A DNA stretch of 53,212 bases from contig DAOLIO010000002.1 in NCBI GenBank assembly GCA_035328505.1, positions 1 to 53,212 on the forward strand. Reading direction: 5' to 3'. The position numbers and the translations under genes are program-made. The notes under the pieces are model-generated. The model did no database searches. It was not told the DNA's origin and saw only the letters and a program-made list of their open reading frames with translations. Source of the stretch: Azonexus sp. (GTDB lineage: Bacteria > Pseudomonadota > Gammaproteobacteria > Burkholderiales > Rhodocyclaceae). Below, in pieces: positions 1 to 8,661 of this stretch (position 1 is its first letter; each line of letters opens with the position of its first letter).

Positions 1-206
1 TGGCGCACAACGTTCCGACGGAGGCGGCGGTGATTGCCACGCTGGAAGAAGCCGTAGCGGCAGGCGCCACGCTGGTGCGACCCGCTGACAAAGTTTTCTG
101 GGGCGGCTTTCGCGGCTATTTCGCCGACCCGGATGGCTTTTTGTGGGAAGTATGTTTCAACCCGTTCATGCCGCTCGATGCGGATGGCATGGTAAGGCTT
201 CCCTGA
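1..206 (+). CDS. VOC/glyoxalase-family protein, 3' part (truncated by window edge)
   Basis: Frame from nt 3 reads AHNVPTEAAV...GATLVRPADKVFWGGFRGYFADPDGFLWEV...LP*. The FWGG-GYFADPDGxxWEV motif is typical of VOC proteins. TGA at 204-206. Confidence 0.85.
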   Translation, partial: AHNVPTEAAVIATLEEAVAAGATLVRPADKVFWGGFRGYFADPDGFLWEVCFNPFMPLDADGMVRLP

Positions 207-266
207 ACGCACCTTGGCTTGGTGATGCGCACGACTGGGGGCATCCCTGAGTTTGTCTGGCGGTTA

Positions 267-315
267 CGCACCAAATTGGCGCGCGCTTTTGATAATAGGG
301 CATTTCCAAGGTGCG
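267..315 (+). promoter_or_regulatory. Tandem NtrC-like enhancer sites
   Basis: CGCACCAAATTGGCGCG (267-283) and GGCATTTCCAAGGTGCG (299-315) resemble TGCAC-N7-GTGCA. Centres are 32 bp apart, upstream of a sigma54-type motif. Confidence 0.6.
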
Positions 316-356
316 TGAGATAATGGCGGGGCATTAAAAATCAACCGCTTGAAGCC

Positions 357-372
357 TGGTTCGCGTCTTGCT
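357..372 (+). promoter_or_regulatory. Sigma54 (-24/-12) promoter
   Basis: TGGTTCGCGTCTTGCT: GG at 358-359 and GC at 370-371 with the exact 10-nt spacing, and a TTGCT -12 box. Confidence 0.65.
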
Positions 373-407
373 TTTAAGTTGGTAATCACTTTGTCTGGAG
401 TATGCTT

Positions 408-3400
408 GTGTCAATCCATGTTGCCCTGAATCACGTTACCCGTTACAACTACGACCGCCTGATCAATCTCGGTCCGCAGGTCGTTCGCCTGCGTCCATGC
501 CCGCATTCGCGGACCCGGATATTGTCTTATTCGCTCAAAATCGGGCCGGAAACGCATTTCGTCAACTGGCAGCAGGATCCGCAGGGCAATTACCTCGCCC
601 GCCTGGTTTTTCCGGAAAAGACCCGTGAATTCAGTATCGAGGTGGATATGGTGGCCGAAATGTCGGTCATCAATCCCTTCGACTTCTTCCTTGAGCCGCA
701 CGCAGAGAAGATTCCCTTTGCCTACGAGGACTGGGAACGCCACGAACTGACACCGTACCTGCACAAGTTGCCGGAAACGCCGCTGCTCAAGAAATACCTT
801 GACACCATTCCACGTGAGCCCCTGCGCAGCGTCGATTTCCTCGTTGCCCTGAATGCCAATCTGCAGAAGGCCATCAGCTATACCATTCGTATGGAGCCGG
901 GCGTTCAGACGCCGGAAGAAACGCTGACCAAGTGTTCCGGCTCTTGTCGCGACTCGGCCTGGTTGCTGGTTCAGATCCTGCGCCATCTGGGTCTGGCTGC
1001 CCGTTTCGTTTCCGGCTATTTGATCCAGTTGACCGCAGACGTGAAGTCGCTTGACGGTCCGTCCGGCCCGGAAGCCGACTTTACCGACCTGCACGCGTGG
1101 ACTGAAGTCTACTTGCCGGGTGCCGGCTGGATCGGCCTCGATCCGACCTCTGGCCTGTTTGCGGGCGAAGGGCACATACCGCTTGCCTGCACGCCCGAGC
1201 CGAGTTCTGCTGCCCCGGTCACCGGTGGTATCGACGAATGCGAGACCGAGTTCTCCCACCACATGCAAGTTACCCGCATCTGGGAAGCACCGCGCGTCAC
1301 CAAGCCTTACACGGATGAGCAGTGGGGTGAAATCGAAGGTCTTGGCCACCAGATCGACAATACGCTGGGCAAGCTTGATGTGCGCCTGACGCAAGGTGGC
1401 GAGCCAACGTTTGTCGCAGTTGACGACCCGGATGGCGCCGAATGGAACACCGCGGCACTTGGCCCGACAAAGCGTCTGTTTGCCGCCGATATCTTTCATC
1501 GCCTGCGTAGCAAATACGCCCCGAATGGCTTGATGCATTTCGGCCAGGGCAAGTGGTACCCCGGCGAGCAACTCCCGCGCTGGAGTCTGAACTGCTTCTG
1601 GCGCAAGGACGGTGAACCGATCTGGAACGCACCCGAACTGTACGCCAACGAACGCGTCAATTACGGTGTGACCAGCGAACAAGCGCAACGCTTTCTGAAG
1701 CGTGTCGCCGAACGCCTGGGGTTGACGTCCGATTATGTTTTCCCGGCCTTCGAAGACGTTTTCTATTACATGTGGCGTGAGCGCCGTCTGCCGGGCAATG
1801 TCGATCCGTTCGATTCCCGCGTTGATGATGCGATGGAGCGCGAGCGCCTGATGAAGGTGTTTACGCAGGGCATGACCTATACCGTCGGCCATGTGCTGCC
1901 GATCATGAAAAATGTCTGGAACGAATGGCAAACCGGACCGTGGTTCCTGCGCTCGGAGCGTTGCTACCTCTTTCCTGGCGACTCGGCCATGGGTTATCGC
2001 CTGCCGTATGACTCGCAACCCTGGACATCGCAGAGCGATTATCCGTACGTCAACGTGCCTGATGCCGAAACAGCAACCGATCCGCTCGCCAGCTATGCTG
2101 CGCTGCGTTCCCGTGTGACCGGCGACGCCGGCGCGCGGGCACCGGTGATGCAGAGCCGTCGCTCGGGCGCTGACGGCAGCCAGGGTCACGGTGCAGACAC
2201 ATCGGCGACCGGTGATGGCAAGGTTCGTCCGTGGGAGAAGCCGACAGACACCATGCCGCGCTTCAAGGAATCGGCCGGCTGGATCACCCGCCTGGCCATG
2301 TGTGCCGAGCCGCGCGACGGCAAGCTCTACATCTTCATGCCGCCGACCGAGAAGCTGGACGACTATCTCGAAGTCGTTGCCGCAGTAGAGGCGACGGCCG
2401 AAGAGATGTCGCTGCCGGTGATCATGGAAGGCTATGAGCCGCCATCCGACCCGCGCATGACGCACTTCCGCGTCACGCCCGACCCCGGTGTCATTGAAGT
2501 CAACATCCATCCTGCCAAGAGCTGGGATCAACTGGTCGATCAGACGACGCATCTTTACGAATCGGCGTACTACTCGCGCTTGACCACTGAAAAATTCATG
2601 GTTGACGGTCGTCACACGGGCACGGGTGGTGGTAACCACTTCGTATTAGGTGGCGCCACGCCGAACGATTCGCCCTTCCTCCGTCGTCCGGACCTGCTCA
2701 AGAGCCTGATCGCCTACTGGCACAACCATCCGAGTTTGTCCTACCTGTTCTCCGGCCTGTTCATCGGTCCGACCAGCCAGGCACCGCGTGTCGATGAAGC
2801 CCGCAACGACAGCCTCTATGAGCTGGAAATTGCCTTCAAGCAGATTCCGCAACCGGGCGGTGTCGTCCCGCCGTGGCTGATCGACCGCATCCTGCGCAAC
2901 CTGCTCACCGATGTGACCGGCAACACGCACCGTTCCGAGTTTTGCATCGACAAGCTGTATTCGCCGGACGGCCCGACCGGTCGCCTCGGTCTGCTTGAGC
3001 TTCGCGCCTTCGAAATGCCGCCGCATGCCCGCATGTCGCTGGCCCAGCAACTACTGCTGCGGGCGATGATTGCACGCTTCTGGGAACAGCCTTACGAACC
3101 GGCACGTCTGACCCGCTGGGGAACCGAGTTGCACGACCGCTTCATGCTGCCGTTCTTCGCCGAGCAGGATTTCAAGGATGTCATGCAGGAAATGGCTGAG
3201 GCCGGATATCCGTTCAAGGCCGAATGGTTTGCGCCGCATTTCGAGTTCCGCTTCCCGAAATACGGCGACTTCGCGGTCAAGGGCATGGAGTTCGAACTGC
3301 GCCATGCGCTCGAACCCTGGCATGTCATGGGTGAGGAAGGGGGCGGTGGTGGTACGGTGCGCTACGTGGATTCCTCTGTTGAGCGTGTTCAGGTCAAGAT

Positions 3401-3791
3401 CAAGGGCATGGCACCGGATCGCTATGTGCTGACGTGTAATGGCGAATCCGTGCCGCTACAGAGTACCGGTATCAATGGTGAGTTTGTTGCTGGCGTACGC
3501 TACCGTGCCTGGCAACCGGCTTCTTGCCTGCATCCGACGATCGGTGTGCATGCGCCACTGGTTTTCGACATTGTCGATACGTGGATGCAACGCTCGCTGG
3601 GTGGTTGTCAATACCACGTCGCCCATCCGGGCGGCCGCAGTTTCGACACCTTCCCGGTCAACGCTTTCGAAGCTGAAAGCCGTCGTCTCGCCCGCTTCTT
3701 CCGTTTTGGCCATACGCCGGGCAAGATGCAGGTCAAATCGCCAGAGTTCAGCGCGGAGCACCCGTTTACGTTAGACTTGCGCCGTTTCTAA
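408..3791 (+). CDS. Transglutaminase-family protein fused to DUF2126 putative amidoligase domain
   Basis: ORF track 402..3791. GTG at 408 is better spaced from GGAG (397-400). Transglutaminase triad motifs GSCRDS, LHAWTEV and GWIGLDPT. The C-terminal region has LTQGGEPTF, VTPDPGVIEVN, GTGGGNH and ELRAFEMPP. Confidence 0.88.
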   Translation: MSIHVALNHVTRYNYDRLINLGPQVVRLRPCPHSRTRILSYSLKIGPETHFVNWQQDPQGNYLARLVFPEKTREFSIEVDMVAEMSVINPFDFFLEPHAEKIPFAYEDWERHELTPYLHKLPETPLLKKYLDTIPREPLRSVDFLVALNANLQKAISYTIRMEPGVQTPEETLTKCSGSCRDSAWLLVQILRHLGLAARFVSGYLIQLTADVKSLDGPSGPEADFTDLHAWTEVYLPGAGWIGLDPTSGLFAGEGHIPLACTPEPSSAAPVTGGIDECETEFSHHMQVTRIWEAPRVTKPYTDEQWGEIEGLGHQIDNTLGKLDVRLTQGGEPTFVAVDDPDGAEWNTAALGPTKRLFAADIFHRLRSKYAPNGLMHFGQGKWYPGEQLPRWSLNCFWRKDGEPIWNAPELYANERVNYGVTSEQAQRFLKRVAERLGLTSDYVFPAFEDVFYYMWRERRLPGNVDPFDSRVDDAMERERLMKVFTQGMTYTVGHVLPIMKNVWNEWQTGPWFLRSERCYLFPGDSAMGYRLPYDSQPWTSQSDYPYVNVPDAETATDPLASYAALRSRVTGDAGARAPVMQSRRSGADGSQGHGADTSATGDGKVRPWEKPTDTMPRFKESAGWITRLAMCAEPRDGKLYIFMPPTEKLDDYLEVVAAVEATAEEMSLPVIMEGYEPPSDPRMTHFRVTPDPGVIEVNIHPAKSWDQLVDQTTHLYESAYYSRLTTEKFMVDGRHTGTGGGNHFVLGGATPNDSPFLRRPDLLKSLIAYWHNHPSLSYLFSGLFIGPTSQAPRVDEARNDSLYELEIAFKQIPQPGGVVPPWLIDRILRNLLTDVTGNTHRSEFCIDKLYSPDGPTGRLGLLELRAFEMPPHARMSLAQQLLLRAMIARFWEQPYEPARLTRWGTELHDRFMLPFFAEQDFKDVMQEMAEAGYPFKAEWFAPHFEFRFPKYGDFAVKGMEFELRHALEPWHVMGEEGGGGGTVRYVDSSVERVQVKIKGMAPDRYVLTCNGESVPLQSTGINGEFVAGVRYRAWQPASCLHPTIGVHAPLVFDIVDTWMQRSLGGCQYHVAHPGGRSFDTFPVNAFEAESRRLARFFRFGHTPGKMQVKSPEFSAEHPFTLDLRRF

Positions 3792-3824
3792 CCCGGGAAG
3801 TCGCATTTGTAGCGAATGACCGCA

Positions 3825-3855
3825 AAACAGGCCGGAAATCGGCCTGTTTCTTTTT
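3825..3855 (+). terminator. Intrinsic terminator-like hairpin between genes 1 and 2 of the cluster
   Basis: AAACAGGCCG-GAAAT-CGGCCTGTTT followed by CTTTTT. Confidence 0.65.
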
Positions 3856-3860
3856 ATTCT

Positions 3861-6380
3861 ATGTCACGCACACTCCTCGCAATTTACGCTCAAAGTCCCC
3901 GCCGATACGACGAAATGTTGGCGGCGCAGGGAGCCGTGCGGCCGCATTGGAAAAAGTTCCTGGGTCATCTCGATGCGGTGGCGCCGGAAGAAATGCGCCG
4001 GCGCCTCGATTTTGCCGAACAGCGCATTCAGGAAAACGGCGTTACCTATAACGTCTATGCCGATCCGAACGGTGCCGATCGGCCATGGGCACTTGACCCG
4101 CTCCCGCTGATCATTCCGCCTGAAGAATGGGCCGAGGTCTCTGCGGCTGTCGCGCAGCGAGCCACGTTGCTCAACGCCATGCTGGCCGACCTGTACAGCG
4201 ACCAGGTACTACTCTCCGAAGGCCTCCTGCCACCGGCGCTGGTCTATGGGCAGCACGGGTATTTGTGGCCTTGTCGCGGCGTGAAGCCGCCGGGTGGCAT
4301 CTGGCTGCACAATTATGCCGTTGATCTGGCGCGTTCGCCGAATGGTCGCTGGTGGGTCATCGCCGATCGCACGCAAGCCCCTTCCGGGGCCGGCTATGCG
4401 CTGGAAAACCGGCTCATCGTATCGCGTGTTTTCCCGGAAATGTTCCGCGATCTGCATGTACAGCACGTGGCCGACTTTTTCCGTGATCAACTCGATGGTC
4501 TTGCTGCACTGGCCCCCGTCGAAGGTGATGAACAGCCCCACATGGTGCTGCTTACCCCGGGGCCCTACAATGAAACCTATTTTGAGCATGCCTATCTGGC
4601 TCGCTACCTCGGCTTTCCGCTGGTCGAGGGGCAGGATCTCACCGTGCGCGGGGAGACCGTATATCTGAAGACCCTGCGCGGCTTGAAACGCGTTCACGTC
4701 ATTCTTCGTCGTCAGGATGATGCCTATTGTGATCCGCTCGAATTGCGGGGTGAGTCGGCGCTGGGTATTCCGGGCCTGATCAATGTGGCACGTGCCGGAC
4801 GCGTGGTTATTTCCAATGCGCTGGGCTGCGGCTTGATGGCTTCCGGTGCGCTGATGGGCTTTTTGCCGGCTATTTGTCGGCGCCTGCTGGGTGAAGAGCT
4901 GGCCATGCCCTCGGTCGCTACGTGGTGGTGCGGTGAAAAGCCGGCGCTTGAATATGTGCGTGAGAATTTTGATGATCTGGTCATCAAGCCTGCCTACCCG
5001 ACCCAGCGGATGGAACCGGTCTTTGGCAATGAATTGAAAGATGAAGCGCGTGCCGACATGCTGCGTCGCATTGAAGCCCGGCCGCATGCCTACGTCGCCC
5101 AGGAAATGGTCAACCTGTCGCAGGCGCCGACCTGGAGCCGGGCGCATGAACGTCGCCTGCTGGCCCGTCCTGTCGGCTTGCGCGCCTATGCCGTGACGAC
5201 GCCGGATGGCTATTCAGTGATGCCGGGTGGCCTGGCACGGGTCGCTACCGGGGCAAGCACACGCATTATCTCGATGCAGCGTGGTGGTGCCTCAAAAGAC
5301 ACCTGGGTATTGACCGATGGCCCGGTCAGCCAGTTTTCGCTCCTCAAACCGTCGGTTGGTATACGTGATCTGGTTCGGGCGGGTGCCAACCTGAGCTCAC
5401 GGGTGGTTGAAAATCTGTTCTGGCTCGGTCGCTATTCCGAACGATTTGATGATAGCGCACGCATGTTGCGTGTTGCACTGTCACGGGTTCTCGTCGGGGG
5501 CGGACAGAAAACCAATGTCGTTGTGTCGGCGCTGGAGCTGGCGCGTCATCTCGGCGTATTGCCCAAGATCGGTGAAGATACTGCGATCAAAAAGAATAGC
5601 GAACACGAATTGCTGGAGGCGATCTACGATCCAGAACAGCCTGGTAGCCTGGCGGGCAATATTCGCAATCTGATGTGGTCCGCCACGCATGTTCGCGAGC
5701 GTCTTTCGCTGGACCACTGGCATTCACTGAATCGCCTGCAACGCTATCAACAGAACGCACGCAAAGTGCATCCGACGCTGACCGAGGCGATCGCCTTCCT
5801 CGACCGGGTTCTGAGCGTCTCCTCGTCGCTGACCGGCTTTGCGATGGACAACATGACGCGTGACGATGGCTGGCGTTTCCTGATCATCGGTCGGCGTATG
5901 GAACGACTTTCCTTCCTGGCCATGACCGTGACGCACTTCCTGCGGATGCCGTCCACCCGAGTGCCCGGCTCGCTGGAATGGTTGCTCGAATTGTCGGATT
6001 CGATCATTACTTATCGTTCGCGCTATTCGCGGCAGCCTGAATTGTTGCCGGTGATTGATCTTCTCGTTTTCGACGACAGCAATCCGCACGGCGTGCTTTT
6101 TCAAGCCAGTGTGCTGGTCCGGTATCTGGATCGACTGGGCCGCGAATTGGGCGTCGATCTCCAGGGCGACGTGGCAGGTGCATTGGCCCGACTACGCGAG
6201 TTCGATCTTGAGCAGCTCGAAAATCTGCAGTTCAATCGCTACCAGGAGTGTGCGGCCTGTCAGGAGCTGGCGTCCCTGCTCGAAGCGCTGAATAGCGCCG
6301 CAGTACAACTATCAGCGACCTTGGGCATGCGTTATTTCACTCACGTTGGCGATGTCAGCCGACAAACGATGGCGGTCTGA
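3861..6380 (+). CDS. Circularly permuted type 2 ATP-grasp protein fused to alpha-E (DUF403) domain
   Basis: YDEM...RPHW, GVTYNVY, DRTQAPSG, LTPGPYNETYFEH, PGGLARV and GGASKDTWV, then alpha-E ER motifs WLGRYSER and IGRRMER. Alternative in-frame ATG at 3816. Confidence 0.88.
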   Translation: MSRTLLAIYAQSPRRYDEMLAAQGAVRPHWKKFLGHLDAVAPEEMRRRLDFAEQRIQENGVTYNVYADPNGADRPWALDPLPLIIPPEEWAEVSAAVAQRATLLNAMLADLYSDQVLLSEGLLPPALVYGQHGYLWPCRGVKPPGGIWLHNYAVDLARSPNGRWWVIADRTQAPSGAGYALENRLIVSRVFPEMFRDLHVQHVADFFRDQLDGLAALAPVEGDEQPHMVLLTPGPYNETYFEHAYLARYLGFPLVEGQDLTVRGETVYLKTLRGLKRVHVILRRQDDAYCDPLELRGESALGIPGLINVARAGRVVISNALGCGLMASGALMGFLPAICRRLLGEELAMPSVATWWCGEKPALEYVRENFDDLVIKPAYPTQRMEPVFGNELKDEARADMLRRIEARPHAYVAQEMVNLSQAPTWSRAHERRLLARPVGLRAYAVTTPDGYSVMPGGLARVATGASTRIISMQRGGASKDTWVLTDGPVSQFSLLKPSVGIRDLVRAGANLSSRVVENLFWLGRYSERFDDSARMLRVALSRVLVGGGQKTNVVVSALELARHLGVLPKIGEDTAIKKNSEHELLEAIYDPEQPGSLAGNIRNLMWSATHVRERLSLDHWHSLNRLQRYQQNARKVHPTLTEAIAFLDRVLSVSSSLTGFAMDNMTRDDGWRFLIIGRRMERLSFLAMTVTHFLRMPSTRVPGSLEWLLELSDSIITYRSRYSRQPELLPVIDLLVFDDSNPHGVLFQASVLVRYLDRLGRELGVDLQGDVAGALARLREFDLEQLENLQFNRYQECAACQELASLLEALNSAAVQLSATLGMRYFTHVGDVSRQTMAV

Positions 6381-6382
6381 CC

Positions 6383-7393
6383 GTGGAGCCTGTCCGATAT
6401 CGCGTGGTGCACGAAACAACGTACGATTACGGGAGCCCCGTGTCGTTGTCGCAGCAGCAATTGCATCTGTCTCCCCGCATTCTCGATTGGCAACAGGTCG
6501 AGGAGCAGCGCATCGATATCAAACCCGAGCCGACCTGGCGACGTGACGGCCTAGATGCATTTGGCAATCCAGTGACTTGGGTGGCGTTCCATGCGCCGCA
6601 TGAAATGCTGCTCATCCGCTCAGTGATGAGTGTCGCCGTGATGCCGCACCTGCCAAAGGATCTTGAGGATTCATTGCCCTGGGAGGAAGTGCGAGACCGG
6701 CTGGCGTACGATTCGACCGATCCGATTCCGGAGGATCTTGAGGCGACGCATTTCCTGTTCGAGAGTCCGCATGTTCGCGTCAAGCACGAATTGGCGATGT
6801 ACGCCGCAGATTGCTTTCCACCTGACCGGCCGGTGCTGGTAGGGGCGCAAGCCTTGATGGCCAAGATATTTCGCGAGTTTACCTTCGATCCCGAGGCAAC
6901 GACTGTCTCTACCCCGGTCCTTGAAGTGCTGGAAAAAAAGCGGGGGGTCTGCCAGGACTTCGCGCACCTGATGATCGCCTGTCTGCGCGCCATCGGACTG
7001 TCGGCGCGCTACGTCAGCGGCTATTTGCTGACCCGTCCGCCACCGGGCAAACCGCGCCTGATTGGCGCCGATGCGTCGCACGCCTGGGTGTCGGTCTATG
7101 CGCCGGGTGGCGCTACCGATTGGGTGGATTTTGACCCGACCAACGATTTGTTGCCGGATACGGAGCACATCACGCTGGCTTTTGGCCGCGATTTTTCCGA
7201 TATTTCGCCGCTGCGCGGCATCATTCTGGGCGGCGGCGGTACCGAACCCGAGGTTGCCGTGACCGTGGTCCCGATTGATGAGGAGGAGATCCCGAAAGAG
7301 CTGCTGGAAAAGGTGCTCGACAAGGACAATATCCCGGAAAAACTGGTGGAAAAGGTGCTCGACGAGCCGGATAGCGAAGCCGACGAAAAATGA
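6383..7393 (+). CDS. Transglutaminase-family protein (bacterial transglutaminase N domain + core)
   Basis: YRVVHETTYDY N-terminus; triad motifs GVCQDFAH, SHAWV and DFDPTN; GRDFSDISP. Confidence 0.9.
   Translation: MEPVRYRVVHETTYDYGSPVSLSQQQLHLSPRILDWQQVEEQRIDIKPEPTWRRDGLDAFGNPVTWVAFHAPHEMLLIRSVMSVAVMPHLPKDLEDSLPWEEVRDRLAYDSTDPIPEDLEATHFLFESPHVRVKHELAMYAADCFPPDRPVLVGAQALMAKIFREFTFDPEATTVSTPVLEVLEKKRGVCQDFAHLMIACLRAIGLSARYVSGYLLTRPPPGKPRLIGADASHAWVSVYAPGGATDWVDFDPTNDLLPDTEHITLAFGRDFSDISPLRGIILGGGGTEPEVAVTVVPIDEEEIPKELLEKVLDKDNIPEKLVEKVLDEPDSEADEK
7289..7363 (+). repeat. In-frame 33-bp direct repeat (42-bp period) in the transglutaminase tail
   Basis: atcccgaaagagctgctggaaaaggtgctcgac (7289-7321) and atcccggaaaaactggtggaaaaggtgctcgac (7331-7363), 29/33 identical. 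Confidence 0.9.
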
Positions 7394-8661
7394 CCGGACG
7401 CATCGCCATCATTGGTGGCGGGCCTGCCGGGTTGATGGCAGCCGAAGTGCTCGCCAGTTTGCTGATGCCAGGGAGTTCCCCATCTGCTGCGGTCAACCCG
7501 AAAAAAATAGAAATTTTCGAATCCATGCCATCCGTCGGCCGCAAGTTCCTGATGGCGGGCAAGGGGGGCATGAACATTACGCATTCCGAGCCACGGTCTG
7601 ATTTTATCGGCCGCTATGGCCAACGGTCCGCGCAGCTCGCGCCACTGATCGACGACTTCGGGCCGGCACAATTGCGTCAGTGGATTCACGGTCTGGGCAT
7701 CGAAACGTTTGTGGGAACCTCGGGTCGGGTTTTTCCCAAGGAAATGAAGGCAGCGCCCTTGTTGCGTGCCTGGCTGCACCGCCTGCGCGGACAGGGCGTG
7801 CAGATTCATGTGCGGCATCGCTGGCAGGGCTGGGGGCCGAATGGCCGACTGCGCTTTGCAACGCCGGCTGGTGAAGTGGACGTCGTTGCAGATGCCGTGA
7901 TTCTGGCACTGGGGGGCGGTAGCTGGGCGAAGCTCGGTTCTGACGGTGCCTGGGTGCCGCTCCTGATTGAGCGCGGTGTTGCCGTGGCGCCGCTGAAGCC
8001 CGCCAACTGCGGATTTGATGTGGCCTGGAGCACACATTTCAGGGAGCGATTTGCCGGGGCGCCGGTCAAGGCCGTCACGGCCAAATGTTGCGCCCAAGGC
8101 AATGATGAGGGTTCCCACGGTCAACCGGAAAAAAAAGGGGAATTCAATATTACGTCGACCGGCATCGAAGGCGGTCTGATCTACGCCATGTCGGCGCCCT
8201 TGCGCGATCAGCTGGCGCGAAATGGCGGGGCTGTCCTGACGCTCGATCTGGCACCGGGACGCAGCCTTGACCGGTTGACCGCTGACCTGTCACGACCGCG
8301 GGGTCGGGATTCGCTGGCCAATCATCTGCGTCGGCATGCCGGCATCGAAGGCGTCAAGGCCGGTTTGCTGCGCGAGTGTTGCCAGCCATCGGCCTTGGTC
8401 ACCGCGGGTAGTCTGGCGGCCGCCATCAAGGCACTGCCAGTGCAGCTCACTGCAACCCGACCGCTCGATGAAGCGATCAGTACGGCCGGTGGGGTTGTCT
8501 TTGAAGACCTCGACAGAAACCTGATGCTGGCCCGCATGCCTGGCGTTTTTGTGGCGGGGGAAATGCTGGATTGGGAAGCACCGACTGGTGGCTATCTGCT
8601 GACAGCCTGTCTGGCCAGCGGCCGGGCGGCCGCATTGGGCGTTTGTCGCTGGCTGGATTAA
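7390..8661 (+). CDS. HI0933/BaiN-family NAD(P)/FAD-dependent flavoprotein
   Basis: [42 protein letters not shown] and [19 protein letters not shown] overlap with the upstream stop. Confidence 0.9.
   Translation: MTGRIAIIGGGPAGLMAAEVLASLLMPGSSPSAAVNPKKIEIFESMPSVGRKFLMAGKGGMNITHSEPRSDFIGRYGQRSAQLAPLIDDFGPAQLRQWIHGLGIETFVGTSGRVFPKEMKAAPLLRAWLHRLRGQGVQIHVRHRWQGWGPNGRLRFATPAGEVDVVADAVILALGGGSWAKLGSDGAWVPLLIERGVAVAPLKPANCGFDVAWSTHFRERFAGAPVKAVTAKCCAQGNDEGSHGQPEKKGEFNITSTGIEGGLIYAMSAPLRDQLARNGGAVLTLDLAPGRSLDRLTADLSRPRGRDSLANHLRRHAGIEGVKAGLLRECCQPSALVTAGSLAAAIKALPVQLTATRPLDEAISTAGGVVFEDLDRNLMLARMPGVFVAGEMLDWEAPTGGYLLTACLASGRAAALGVCRWLD

Noticed and set aside
411-2639. 742-aa minus-strand ORF, and similar long antisense ORFs (e.g. 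10257..11423, 16880..17815, 32941..33855)
   Set aside because: Antisense shadows of well-supported genes in GC-rich, codon-biased DNA; no recognisable motifs.
3812-3823. GCG-AATGAC-CGC mini-hairpin resembling an ANTAR hexaloop (A1, G4) just before the terminator
   Set aside because: ANTAR targets need two tandem hairpins with one overlapping the terminator. Only one is found, and 3-bp stems arise by chance.
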